The notes beneath the pieces are model-generated. The model saw only the letters and a list, made by a program, of their open reading frames with translations. It had not been told where the DNA came from and made no database searches. Both the position numbers and the translations under genes were made by a program. DNA of 63,465 bases from Chiloscyllium plagiosum (taxonomy: Eukaryota): positions 31,787,366-31,850,830 of the forward strand of contig NC_057720.1 of the NCBI RefSeq assembly GCF_004010195.1. Reading direction: 5' to 3'. Below are positions 13,000 through 26,137 of this stretch, one piece after another. The stretch's first letter is position 1; every line of letters begins with the position of its first letter.

Positions 13000-14552
13000 C
13001 CATGTACTGTCCAGACCCAGCATTTAAAGGTGTAATAAAGAAAGAAAGACTGCAGAAAGCTACAGAGGGATTTGGGCATGAATCTCAAAAAAAAACTAGC
13101 ATCCAAGTTTAGTATGTACCAGGGAAACAAATGGAAAATTGGATATTATTTTAAAGGGAATGGTGAATTAAAAATAGAAATTATTTGCTAAAACTACAAG
13201 GTATTAGTCAGACCACAGCTGGAATACCATGAACAATTTTAAACAAAGAAAATTACAGCACAGGAACAGGCCCTTCGGCCCTCCAAGCCTGTGCCGATCC
13301 AGATCCTCTCTCTAAACCTGTTGGCTATTTTTTAAGGATCTGTATCCCTTTACTCTCTGGATCTGTCTAGATGCACCTTAAATGATGCTATCATGCCTGA
13401 CACTACTGCCTCTGCTGGCAATGCATTCCAGGCACCCACCACCCTCTACGTAAAAAAACTTTCCATGCATATCTCCCTTAAACTTTTCCTCTCTCACCTT
13501 GAACTTGTGACCCCGGTAATTGAATCCCCCATTCTGGAAAAAAGCTTCTTACTATTCACCCTGTCTACCCCTCTCAACCTCCGTCTTTCTAATGAAAATA
13601 ATCCTAATCTACTCAATCTCTCTTCATCGCTAATGCCTTCCATACCAGGCAACATCCTCTGCACCCTTCCAAAGCATCCACAAATTTTGGTAATGTGGTG
13701 ACCAGAACTGTGTGCAGTATTCCAAATGTGGCCGAACCAAAGTCTGATACAATCGTAACATGACCTGCCAACTCTTGTACCCAATAGCCTATCTGATGAA
13801 GGAAAGCATGTCATATACTTTCTTGACCACTCTATCGACCTGCATTGCCACCTTCAGAGTACAATGGACCTGAACACCTAGATCTCTCTGTACATCGATC
13901 TTCCCCAGGGCCTTTCCATTTACTTTATAGTTTGCTCTTGATTTGGAACTTTCAAAATGCATCACCTCACATTTGCCCAGATTGAACTTCATCTGCTACT
14001 TCTCTGCTCAACTCTCCAATCTATCTATATTCTGCTGCATTCTCTGACAGACCGCTTCACTGTCTGCTGCTCCACCAATCTTAGTGTCATCAGAAAACTT
14101 GCTAATCAGACCACCTATACCTTCTTCCAAATCATTTATGTATATCACAAACAACAGTGGTCCCAGCACAGAACCCTGTGGAACATCACTGGTCACAATT
14201 CTCCATTTTGAGAAACTCCCTTCCACTACTACTGTCTGTCTCCTGTTGCCCAGCCAGTTCTCTATCCATCTAGCTAGTACACCCTAGACCCCATGTGACT
14301 TCACTTTTTCCATTAGGTGAGGAGGAATTTCTTCTCTCAGAGGGTAGTGAATCTGTAGCATTTTTTATTACAGAAGTCTGTTAAGGCTGGGTCGCTAAGT
14401 ATATTTGAAGCTGTGCTCAACTGATTTATAATATGGAAGGGAACAATACATTATGGGGGAAGTGGTTTTGAGAGTTACCAGATCCATGATCTCATTGTAT
14501 GGCAGTGCAGACTTGATGGGCTGAATGGCCTTCTTCTGCTCCAATGTCTTAT
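13000..14552. mobile_element. Nested CR1 LINEs: + strand copy (13000-13240, 14315-14552) interrupted by a - strand copy (13242-14310)
   Basis: Minus-strand RT motifs VPQGSVLGPLLFVIYINDL, SKFSDDTK and MKFNLGKCEVMHF; flanks are + strand CR1 3' sequence. Confidence 0.8.
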
Positions 14553-15139
14553 GATCGAAACGTTTGTGAACTTTATTTGATTTTGTCAGTGTTACCACAG
14601 ATTGTTCTTACTGTGATAGAGGGGTAGCCAAAGTGTCCAGCAATAGCGACTGCTCATTTATTTCAAAATGTTTTAAATCACCCACTGTTACTGCTAAGCT
14701 TTAGGTTTTCCTTGATTTCTATACAACAGCAGGTTCACTACTACCACTTGCTGGTTATTTTTTGCATATGTTCAAAATGAATTACAGCACTTATTCACAG
14801 TGGCTAATAAGGGATTTTAAAATGGTTCATCTACCTTACTTGCTGTCTCACTTTCTTTAAAATGGCTCCCACAGACAGTGCTAATTTTCACCCAAATAAA
14901 TCCTGAGACAAGCAAAGCCTGTGCACAGTAGAGGAAGCACCCATAATTCAAGATCAGCTTCAGTGAAGAAAGGCATAAGTCAAGGACACTACTGGGTGTG
15001 GACACAATGGCACCGATGCTATCATGGGGCATGATGTTGCCTACAAATTCTAAGAGTCTGATGGTGCCATTGTGTATAATGATATCTTTTGTATGATGAC
15101 ATATTTGAATAGGCTTAACCTAGAATGCAACCTTAATTA

Positions 15140-16495
15140 GGGACACTGGCATTAAACTAATGGTAAATTGCTTTGAGCTGAATTCCGGAAGTGAGGCGAG
15201 TGTGACTGCCCTTGATGTCAAGGCCACGTTTGACTGAAAGTGGCATCCAGAGCCCTCACAAAGCTGGAATTGATGGGGATCATGGGAAAGCTCTTCACTG
15301 TTTGGAGTCATACCTGGCAATAGGAAAATGGTTGTAGTGGTCAGTCATCTAAACTCTAGGACACCTCTGCAGGACTTCCTCAGGGTAGTGTCCTAGGCCC
15401 AACCATAGTCAGCTGCTTCATCAATGACCTTCTCTACAATATAAATGGAGACGTTCACCGATGATTGCACAATGTTCAGCACCATTCATGAATCCTCAGA
15501 TACTGAAGCAGTCCATGTTCAAATGCAACAAGATCTGGATAATATCCAGGCTTGGGACAAGTGGAAAGTAACAATTGTGCCACACAAATGCCAAACAATG
15601 GCCATCTCCAATAAGAGACAAGCTAACTACTGCTCCTTGATGTTCCATGGCATTACCATCATTAAATTCCCCTACTATCAATATACTGGGGTTTATCATT
15701 GACTGGGGAGAAAGTGAGGTCTGCAGATGCTGGAGATCAAAGTTGAAACTTTATTGCTGGTACAGCACAGCAGGTCAGGCAGCATCCAGGGAACAGGAGA
15801 TTCGACGTTCCAGGAAGAAGGGCCTGTGCCCGAAACGTCGAATCTCCTGTTCCCTGGATGCTGCCTGACCTGCTGTGCTGTTCCAGCAATAAAGTTTAAA
15901 CTTTATCATTGACCAGAAACTGAACTGGACTTGCCATAAAAATTAAACAGGTAGAAGAAAGGTCGAAGGCTAGGAATACTGTAGTTTGTAGCAACTCCTG
16001 GACTTTTCAAAGTCTGTCCATCATCTACAAGGCACAAGTCAGGAGTGTGATGAATAATCTATTGGCCTGGATCAGTGTAGCTCCAACACTCAAGAAACTT
16101 GACACCATCCAGGACAAAGCAGCACATTTGATCGGCACCACATCCATAAGCATCCACTCCCTCCACCACCAACATTCAGTAGCAGCAGCATGTACTGCCT
16201 GCAAGATACACTGCAGAAATTCCCCAAAGATCCTTTGCACAAGGGCAGCCAGTACACGGAAACATTCCCCTCCGAGCCACTCACCATCCTGACTTGGAAA
16301 TGTATTGCCGTTCCTTCACTATTTCCGCGGCAAAATCTGGAATTCCCTCATTGATGGTATTGTGGGTCAACTCACAGCACATAGACTCTAACAGTTCAAG
16401 AAAGCAGCTCAACCACCACCTTCTCAAGGGCTACTATGGATGGGCAATAAATGCTGGTGAGCCAGTGGTGCCCATGTTCCACAAATGAATAAAAC
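15140..16495 (+). mobile_element. CR1-group LINE 3' region (second subfamily)
   Basis: cctcagggtagtgtcctaggccc (PQGSVLGP), FTDDCTMF, LKKLDTIQDKAAHLI; tail ending aatgaataaaa. Confidence 0.8.
15704..15901. mobile_element. Fold-back Penelope-type insertion (family A)
   Basis: 12-bp TSD tttatcattgac at 15692-15703 and 15902-15913; inverted arms meet at ~15810 next to gaagaagggcctgtgcccgaaacgtc. Confidence 0.85.
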
Positions 16496-17451
16496 AAAAT
16501 TGAAATGGTATTCAGCAGGTTGACTTTAAATTAGGATTTAATGTATGTAACAATAGTATAATTCATTTAAAAAGAACGAGCTATTGGAGGTCAATGACAT
16601 TTTCATAGCACTTTCAATATTGTAAAATGTCCCAAAGTATTTCAAAAGAGCATTTGATCAGATAATAAGCAGACAAAAATCAAGCCAAAGAAGGAGACAT
16701 TAGAAAATATGGACCAAAGGCTTAGTTAAAAAGCTTTTTGGCTGTCTTTGTTGTCATTGCATCTTTGTGTCAAAGCACAATCTTATTTGTTTCATTTCAA
16801 TCTCCTTAGACTAAGATCAATGCCAGCCGAACTGTAGGATGATTGTAATGCTTCTTAGGAGCTGAACTGCAGACTGAAAGGTTACATTTTAGCACTAAAT
16901 ATGGGAAACACATGGCAATATCTGGCTGGTGATGTAGGGTAACAGCTGACTGTTGGGTTTGAGCAGCTAATGCTTTGTAAGATTTTTGTCATTTGTGGTT
17001 GCATGTTGGCCAGAGTTAATACATGGTTCAGTATTTAGCTTTGTATCTTTTAAGGGGAAATCATCCACTCCTGAAAACCCATTGTCAACATCTGCTGATA
17101 ATATTAGCATATATACAACATGTGGTGACCATTAGGCTTGTCAGTGAAGCATTCTACAGTTGAATAGCTTATGGAAAGAGAGTATTTCAGTGTCTAACAT
17201 TGGAATTAAATCCCAATAAGGAATCAACACTATCAGAAGTATAGAGGAAGGGAGAAAATTATTGTTATCTAGTGATCCCTTTTCCTGTTGCATGCCAATA
17301 ATTATAGTCCTTACTTTGTTAAATTGCCAAGTTTATGAAATTTATAAACACAATGGAAAAATTAATAACTTATCTACCAAACTATTTTGAGATACACTGT
17401 GCAGCAATTCAGATTTCTAAAAGTGCAGTTATGATATGCCAATTCTATGCA

Positions 17452-17550
17452 TTTTCTGATGAAGAGTCATAGGACTCATAACATTAACTCTGCTTTCTTA
17501 GCACAGATACTACCAGACCTGCTGAGTTTTGCCAGCATTTTCTGATGTTG
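17452..17550 (+). mobile_element. Penelope-type terminal-repeat fragment (family C) with decayed hammerhead
   Basis: CTGATGA-a-gagtc-atag-gactc hairpin followed by a mutated GAAACGT (ataacat), then cagatactaccagacctgctgagt. Confidence 0.65.
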
Positions 17551-17641
17551 CTGTGAATGTTCTATTTGTTCCCCAGGATGAGCATTCAAAATATACATTT
17601 GTGTTGTGATTAATTTGTTTTTATCTTTCTTTTTGTAACAG

Positions 17642-17867
17642 TGATGTAAAATTCATTGTCGGAGAGGAGCAGAAAGTGGTGTATGCTCACCGCTGCATCT
17701 TAGCGTATCGCTGTGAGGCGTTTAGAACCATGTTTGCCCAGCGAGTTCTGTCACATGATGCCAAAGAAGCCGAAGTTCCATTTGTTCTTTCAGATGTGCA
17801 GCCAGATGTCTTCCTGGCTGTGGTTGAGTTTCTCTACACAAACTGTGTGATGCTGAGCCGCGATATA
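17642..17867 (+). CDS. BTBD19: BTBD19-like coding exon 2 (BTB domain core)
   Basis: Polypyrimidine tract and cag acceptor at 17639-17641; (S)DVKFIVGEEQKVVYAHRCILAYRCEAF...FLAVVEFLYTNCVMLSRDI; donor gtgagt at 17868. Resembles recalled human BTBD19 SDVCFVVGQERQEVFAHRCLLACRC..FLAVLEFLYTN. Confidence 0.92.
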
Positions 17868-19815
17868 GTGAGTACATTTGTTTCTGGGCTATGTGCAGTA
17901 TTTTTAACATGAGAAGCCGAATGGTTAAGTGAACCAGCCATTTACGCCTTGTGTAGCATGGTCCAGGCCTTATTTAATGACAATACATGTAACACAGATA
18001 TCAGATGGACATTCAATGCAGTTTATTTGTCATGGGCTGGGCAGTAAGCTCAGTCTTGACCAGGGTGGTAGCAGGGTTAAGGACAAAATGGGCTTGTGAT
18101 CACAGTTTAGGGGTTGGGTGGAGACAGTGGTGGGGGTGAACAGAGGGAGCTTGCTGCATTATCTTTATAGGACTCTATGCTGGCTCCAAGAGAATAATTT
18201 AAAAGTTACCTTTTCATACCTGTTAATCATACTGCCACTAAGCTAGGAGGAAGCATGCATCAGGTGTGTTCTTGTCTGTTTTTAAATGATAGTCACTTTT
18301 CTTGTTGATGGATGCTGATTTTCATGTTAAAAGGAGCTTATTGCCTCATTTAAAAACAAAAGGGCCAGACCAGCAGCAGGCACCTGTGATGGTGGCAATG
18401 CAATTGTTGGTTTCCACAGGAAGGTAAGCCTATTGACTCTAATGTGATGTCTTTATCATCCATTAATGTTGATGTTAGCAACTTCAAATCACCTATTAAA
18501 TATCTTTGGTATCAGTTAAATTTTTGTTGTGGATTAATCCAGAACACCAGCTGGAAACATGTTTTATTTTTAACAGTTGTCTCCCAACAGTGGAACCTTT
18601 AGATCCATGTCATGTATTCATCATTAATCTAGAATGTACTGGTGACTAGCATTTTCCCAATTGCCCAGAATTCTGATGTTTAATCCCTGGTAAAATCCAA
18701 CCTTCCTACAAGTGCATCACTTTTTGTACTCCTGGCTTGAGCTAAAAATACTCCACTAGTGCACGCATATGATTTTCAAAATTCATCAATCACTTGTAAT
18801 GTTGCAAATGGAGAGGGAAGATCAAGTGTAGTTTTCCAGGAAATTTCATTTGGAGGTCAATAGAGGAGTTTACTCAAACAGTATTTAAAAAGTTACACTA
18901 CATTATTTCTATATTTCCTTCCAAGATTCCTGTTCACATTTATAATAAAATTTTTCTATGTAAGTTTATTATGGTGTAAGTACATCATCCCTTTGGCAAG
19001 CAGTAAGTGAAGATGATAAGATGTTCTTCATGCATTTTGTGCATAGCTTAAAAGCAACTGAAATTTGGAAAGTGTTAAATCAAAGTTCGTTGGAATTGAA
19101 GGGGTTTTCCTGCAGTTCAAGATGAAGAGCTAAGAAACACAAAAATAAAGCAATCACAGTATGGCCAGTTTCTGTAGACAAGTTAACAGTTTCAATTATT
19201 GTTGTGGACATGTGGATATAGTGGAAAGAGTAGAACGGAAATGCACACAAATGTAAAATTTCCCTTGCATTTTAAACACATATTTCTATAGAATATTGTA
19301 GACAGAGCTGGTTGATCGAACAAAACTTTTCTGTTTTTGGAAGTAGTGAGGTCTATGAATCAAAATAATGCTCATAGTTCCTTTCCAAATTTCATTTAAT
19401 GCTGTGATTTAATTCCAAGTGCCATAGTTATAACTGAAAATTAAAATATTGTAACAAAGAGAGGAATAACCAATAACAATAATATTTCCAATTGAGGCAC
19501 TTAGTTTTCACTGTTTGTAATCCCTGTTCCAGGGCTTTTTTTTTTGGATCAATTTCTGAGTCTTTATATGACATTGGAACTTTAGCTCAGATCATCAGGA
19601 GAGCTATATTTAACAGTCAAATCATTAACTCAGAGCATTTGGTTTGCAACATCCTACCCAACATTGTACTGTGAAAGATTCCATATTTATCAGTTTAAAA
19701 AACAAAATATTCTTATTGTTTGATAAACAGGTGATGCTCAGCATTTAACATGTTGCAACTTGTTTTATTTCCAATGTGCCACAGGATGTCTGTAGGATTC
19801 ACACTGTACTGAAGA

Positions 19816-20220
19816 GAGTCATAGAGTCATAGAGATGTACAGCATGGAAACAGACCCTTCACTTCAACCTGTCCATGCCGACCAGATATCCCAAACCAAT
19901 AGTGACATCTCACCTGCCAGCACCCGGCCCATATCCCTCCAAACCCTTCCTATTCATTTACCCATCCAAATGCCTCTTAAATGTTGCAATTGTACCAGCC
20001 TCCACCACTTCTTCTGGCAGCTCATTCCATACACGTACCACCCTCTGTATGGAAAAGTTGCCCCTTAGGTCTCTTTTATATCTTTCTCCTCTCACTTAAA
20101 CCTATGCCCTCTAATTCTGCACTCCCCGACCCCAGGGAAAAGACTTTGCCTATTTACCCTATCCATGCCCCTTATAATTTTGTAAACCTCTATAAGGTCA
20201 CCCCTCAGCCTTCGACGCTG
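19816..20220 (-). mobile_element. CR1 LINE 3' fragment
   Basis: (agagtcat)n tail and CR1 3' UTR/ORF2 end. Confidence 0.85.
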
Positions 20221-20940
20221 CAGGTGTCTTCCAAATCAGAAATTCTAGCTTCAAAACTTTAATTTTGTACTCCTACAGAAATACTTTGTTAGTGTAATAG
20301 ATATTTTTCTGTTGATTTTGAGATCAGGATGTCTTCTTGCTCGAAGCATTGAACAGACTGAGAAAGTTGGAACTCCTTCAGCATTTACAACAGAGGAGAG
20401 AACATCTAATGTGATATCACTCCACACAGATTGCGCCCCAGAGGGAAGAAAATCAGTATAGAGTTTGCTGCATTATCCATTTTCATGGTTGTGATTTGTA
20501 GCCATTTGTTTTGTTCATGTCCTTCCCTCTTCTAAAGATGATGATTCAACTGGGAAAGATTTTATGAGCACTGGCATCCCCTGGAAACTTTGCTTGTGTG
20601 GCCATTCTTCACCTGTATATTTAAACATTGAGATGGTTTGTCTGTAATGACATTATAATCAAGCCTCATATCATCCACACCTAATATCTGTTCCAGCATA
20701 CTGTAAAGCAGGGAGAGATATGTAGTCAAGGAATAACATTTATGTGGCATGTTATTCCTTTCCCTGCACTAACTGTTTCATTACACAGTACAGGAGATGA
20801 ATCTGAGACCATCTCATTTGTGTAGTTCAATTACATGCTGACTTTACCACCTGAGCTATCTAGGTTAGAAAGATGCTAGAAAACTATGTTCTTACATTTG
20901 CTCAGATTTTGAAAGGTAACTCTAACAAGAAAATATGAAT

Positions 20941-23366
20941 TAAAAATCACACAACACCAAGTTATAGTCCAACAGATTTATTTGGAAATACAAGCTTTTG
21001 GAATGTTGCTCCAAAATAGAATGCCAATGGGACAGGATCATAGGACACAGAGTTTATAGTAAAAGATCAAAGTGTAGTACAACTGATGCGATGTATTAAA
21101 CAAACCTAGATTGTTGTTAAGTCTTTAATCACTTAGACATGTTGCAGGTTTCGATTCATTAAAATGCAAATCCCATGAACATTTTTCTAGTCACATTCCC
21201 GAGATAACTTAAGGTTTTATATTAAAAATAGTGACATCTCAGCTCAGACAATGCATTAATGGTATGAGGTTAGAGTCTGTCTGTATTCCAACCTTGAGTC
21301 AGACTGGTTCTGTTTCCAAAGTAGGCATTTATAAAATGTCACATGGACTGACTGACTACAGATTGTGTGCTTTTTGCACAATATAGAATGTATCTGTAAA
21401 TACAAATCTGCAAATTCAAATTCACCCCCATAGACTTATGTGTGTGTGTGTGCCTGTGTGTGAGGGACCAAGTTTGCATGCCAATATGCCAATATTTTCA
21501 TGCACAAGTTTGAACAAGACTTCTTTGATGCATAGACCTTCAACCAATCTATACACCAAATATATTGATGACATTTTCTTCCTCTGGACTCATGCAAGGA
21601 GTCACTGAAACAACTATACAGTCATATCATTAACAAGTTTCATCCCACTATCAGACTGGCCATGGACTAATCTTTAGAATCAGTCTCATTCTTGTACACA
21701 CGCATCTCCATCAAGGACGGACACCTCAGTACATCACTCTACCACAGGCCCATGGATAACCTCATTGTGCTTCACTTCTCCAGCTTCCATCCTAACATAT
21801 TAAAACAGCCATCCCCTACGGACAAGCCCTACGCATACACAGGATCTGTTCAGATGAAGAGGGATGTGACGGACATCTGAAGGTGCTGAAGGATGCTGTG
21901 ATAAGAACAGGGTATGATGCTCAACTCATCAATTGCCAGTTCTGATGTGCCACAGTGAGAAACCGTAATGACTCGTCAGGAGACAGACAAGGGATATGAC
22001 CAATAGGGTGCCATTCATTGTCCAGTACTTCCCGGGAGCGGTGAAAGTGTGCCATGTTCTTTGTAGCCTGCAACACATTATCAATGAGGATGAGCACCTC
22101 GCCAAGACCTTCCCTACACCTCCATTTCTCACCTTTAAACAACCGCTAAACCTTAAATAGACCATTGCTCGCAGCAATCTGTTCAGCCTTCAGGACAGCA
22201 CCAACCACAACACCATTCAACCCTGTCATGGCAACCATGCAAGACGTGCCAGTTTGTCGACATTGATACCACTATTACACGCAGGGACAGCACCCACCAC
22301 GTGCGTGGCAGGTACCCATGTGACTTGGCCAGCGTTGTCTATCCCATACGCTGTAGGCAAGGATGCCCCGAGCCATGGTACATTGGCAAGACCAAGCAGA
22401 CGCTACGACAATGGATAAATGGACACCACACAACAATCACCAGACAGGGATGTACCTTCCCAGTTGGGGAACACTTAAGCGGTCAGTGACTTTCTGCCTC
22501 AAATCTTCGGGTGACCGTCCTCCAAGGCGGACTTCGGAATACAAAATAACACAGAGTTGCCGTGCAGATGCTGATAGCCAAGTTCGGCACCCATAAGGAT
22601 GGCCTCAACCTGAATTTTGGTTCATGTCACACTACAGGTGACCCCACTACACTATATACACACACGCTCTTATACGTGATCCCACTCACATGCTCATGCA
22701 GACCCTCATTTATACACACGTTCTCTCTCAGACACACACACTCACACTCTCTCTCAACCCTCTCACAGGCATGTACTCCACCACACTTGTGTACACATGC
22801 ACACACACCCTCTCACTCCCTCTTCCACACACGCGCACACAAATATAAGTCGATGGGGTGAATTTGTATTTGCAGATACATTCTATTTTGTTCAAAAAGC
22901 ACACAATCAGTAGTCAGTCAGTCCATGTGACATTTTATAAATTGCTACTTTGGGAATAGAACCAGTCTGATTCAAGGTTGGAGTACAGACAGATTCTAAC
23001 CTCACACCTTTAATGCATTGTCTGAGCTGAGATGTCACCTTTTTTTTTAAAATCTTAAGTTATCTCGGGAATGTGACTTGAAAGAAGTTAATGGCGTTTA
23101 TGTATTAATGAATGGAAACCTGCAACCAATTCTCAGTGATTAAAGACTTAACAGCAATCTAGGTTTGTTCAATACATTGCATCAGTTGTGTGACACTATG
23201 ATCTTGCGTTATAAATTCTGCGTCCTATGATCCTGCCCCACTAGCTACCTGACAAAGGAGCAGTGTTCCAAAAGCTTGTACTTCCAAATAAACCTGTTGG
23301 ACTATAACATGGTGTTATGTTATTTTTAACTTTGTCCACCCCAGTCCAAAACCAGCACCCTCACAC
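20941..23366 (+). mobile_element. Penelope-like element: inverted 5' terminal repeat + truncated RT + GIY-YIG endonuclease + 3' repeat
   Basis: GTKFACQYANIFMHKFEQ at 21464 and YIDDIF at 21561 (RT). VVYPIRC..C...WYIGKTKQTLRQWINGH, PVGEH and GLN (GIY-YIG). 20941-21462 is an inverted copy of ~22830-23330. Degenerate TSD caagaaaatatgaat (20926-20940) / caaggaaacatgagt (23367-23381). Multiple stops and frameshifts. Confidence 0.9.
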
Positions 23367-23894
23367 CAAGGAAACATGAGTGATGCACACCAAAGTGGCT
23401 AATTCATTTTCTACATTCCTTATCAAAACGCTTACACAGAGATGGAAGATGGTGTGTAATTGATGAATATTTCATTACTGCAGGTATAAATATCTATTCA
23501 AGATCAGCTACTAAATTTGCAGGAGAATATTATACCATTGGAGTGATGGTATATGAAATGATAGGGAACCACATCTGACCAATCCAGTGAAAGTTACACA
23601 GGTTTTTCAATTTGCATTGTTGTAAAAAGTCTAGATACATTTTAAAAACATTTCTTCCATTTCTTTTGAATATTTTCCACCTCATTGGGTTCTCCACGCT
23701 GTTGCTATCCACCAGTCTTAAGCTTTTTCATGAGCACTTATGAGGAGGCATTTTGGTAAAATGATTTGCCTTTTGATATTCAGAGAAACTTATGTTTTCC
23801 CTATAGTCTTTGTAATAACATATTTTTAATAAAAAATCCATTGAATCATTCAAAAAAAATTATTCCAAAATCATTACAGCCAAATGGAGCATAT

Positions 23895-24430
23895 TTTAGG
23901 CCACTTTTGGAATACTATGTGCAGTTCTGGTCTCCCTGCTATAGTAAGGATATTGTAAAACTTGAAAGGGTTCAGAAAAGATTTAGAAGGATGTTGCCAG
24001 GATTGAAAGGTTTGAGCTATAGGGAGCGGCTGAAGAGGCTGTTTTCACTAGAGGGTCGGAGGCTGAGGGGTGACCTTATAGAGATTTATAAATTCATGAG
24101 CGACATGGATAGGGTAAATAGACATGTCCTGTACCCGGGGGTGAGGGAGTCCAGAACTACGGGGCATAGGTTCAGGGTGAGAGAGGAAAGATTTAAAAGG
24201 GACCTAAGGGTCAACCTTTTCATGCAGAGGGTGGCACATATATGGATTGAGCTGCCAGAGGAAGTGGTGGAGGCTAGTACAATTATGATATTTTAAAGAC
24301 ATCTGGATTGGGTAATGAACAGGAAGGATTTAGAGGGACATGGACCAAGTACTGGCAAATGGGACTAGATTAATTTAGGATATCTGGTCAGCACGGATGA
24401 GTTCTCATGCTGTACATTTCTATGACTCAA
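23895..24430 (+). mobile_element. CR1 LINE 3' fragment
   Basis: RPLLEYYVQFWSPCYSKDIVKLERVQKRF..RLRGDLIEIYK. Confidence 0.88.
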
Positions 24431-24816
24431 TGTGATCATTATGTATTTTCAGAAAGTATTCTTTTCAGTATCAGTTGAGCATCTTTGTACCCTTTAGCAG
24501 GGTGAATACATTTTTTGTTTTGAGATGTTCCTGTGTAGTCTGCCAACGCTGATGCTATTCCTGCCAGTGATGTGGAGTGAATATCCTTCAAAGGAATTTG
24601 TATGGATGTTTCATTCTCAGCAGTGGAACCCAAAACCTCACATGGAAACTGGCAGAAACGTGTTGAAAATGAGTAACACTGATATATGTGCACATCATAC
24701 TTGCTTCAAGATTAAAGCATCCCTTAAATTGAATAGGTGAATAGTAATCCATGATCACGATTAAACCCATGCATTCGCTTATTTGAGCCTTTTGATGTCT
24801 TTCCCTTTTTTTTCAG

Positions 24817-24870
24817 GCTCTGGATGTACTTACATCAGCAGTGGAATATGGCCTGGATGAGCTTCAAAGG
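24817..24870 (+). CDS. BTBD19: BTBD19-like coding exon 3
   Basis: Acceptor ttttttttcag; 54 nt encoding ALDVLTSAVEYGLDELQR; donor gtaaga at 24871. Phase 0 fits exon 2; resembles recalled BTBD19 VLEVLTAAVEYGLEELRE. Confidence 0.9.
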
Positions 24871-25851
24871 GTAAGACTTTTGATTAAAATATCAGGTTGA
24901 CAAGATCAGAAGGATAACATTGCTTGTTGTGGTGGGTATGTAGAAACATAAAATATGTAGTTGACTTAACACTGGGATGGGCAGTGATTCATAAATTCTT
25001 TCACAATGCAACTTCCTAATTTTGTAATACTGCCTGCTGTGATTCATACTTGATTATGAAATTTGCAGTGAATTGGAGAAGGAGAAACACTCCAGTTTAC
25101 GTTGTATTTGTAATCCGATTATTTTGGAGCCTTCTGATAATACATGCATATATACAAGATAATTTTTATCATTCTTTACATACCTTTCAGTGGATCATTT
25201 TAAATATAAATTTTCCTTCCATCAGAGAATTGTCCTTTGTCTTTCGCTGTTTGTTGCACTCTGATTCAGTTCATCAATGTATGAGGGGAGCTCTAACAAG
25301 TGACCGAGTTTATTTTGCTTTAAACCTTTCAAGTAGATGAATTTATGAGTTGAGAAAAAAGATGCTGTTATTATTTGAGAGGAAGTTGTATTGATTTTAG
25401 ACCTATGAGTAGCATAGAGTAGGAAATGTCTTCATCTGACAATGACAATGTAAATTTTGGATATAGAATTAAATGAAAACCCTGCTGAAGTGAATCACCA
25501 TGGTTTTGTGTCATAGGTTACAGCAACATTGCAAGGCTACTGGGATTTCTCCTCAATTAGCTATGCTAATAGTTCTAATTACACATTCCCATCTTGTTCA
25601 AATAAATATTAATTCCCCTGGCTAACAAGAATCTATCTTCCTCTGGCTTATATACATCCAGTGGCCCTGCCTCCTACAATTTCTGTAGCAATAAGTTCCA
25701 AAGTCGCATAACTCGCTGGAATCAAGATTTCTCCTCATTGCGTCTTAAAGGGACAAGCCTTAGTTTTCACTAATTTTTGCTGATCCACAAGATGAAAACA
25801 TCCTTTTCATGTCTGTCTTGTCAAGAACATTCAGGATCTTATCCACTCCAG

Positions 25852-26137
25852 AGCTGGAAATGTGTTGCTGGAAAAGCGCAGCAGGTCAGGCAGCATCCAG
25901 GGAACAGGAGAATCAACGTTTCGGGCATAAGCCCTTCTTTGGGAATTTTGTACCATATGATTCACACTAATTAGGAACAAAGTTTAACCAATTTAACATG
26001 CAACAGTATTTAGAAAATTCGGGCTTATGCCCGAAACGTCGATTCTCCTGTTCCCTGGATGCTGCCTGACCTGCTGCGCTTTTCCAGCAACACATTTCCA
26101 GCTCTGATCTCCAGCATCTGCAGACCTCACTTTTTCC
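25852..26137. mobile_element. Fold-back Penelope-type insertion (family A) with captured local DNA
   Basis: 15-bp TSD tcttatccactccag at 25837-25851 and 26138-26152; near-identical inverted arms; the spacer 25943-26020 is the reverse complement of 26850-26927. Confidence 0.9.

Noticed and set aside
15704..15901. Fold-back elements interpreted as DNA-transposon MITEs
   Set aside because: The arms are unequal, the TSDs are long and variable (10-15 bp), single-arm copies exist, and family B is the terminus of an RT/GIY-YIG element.
17868..17912. C-terminal extension of ORF 17676-17912 (VSTFVSGLCAVFLT)
   Set aside because: Read-through past the gtgagt donor at 17868; intronic.
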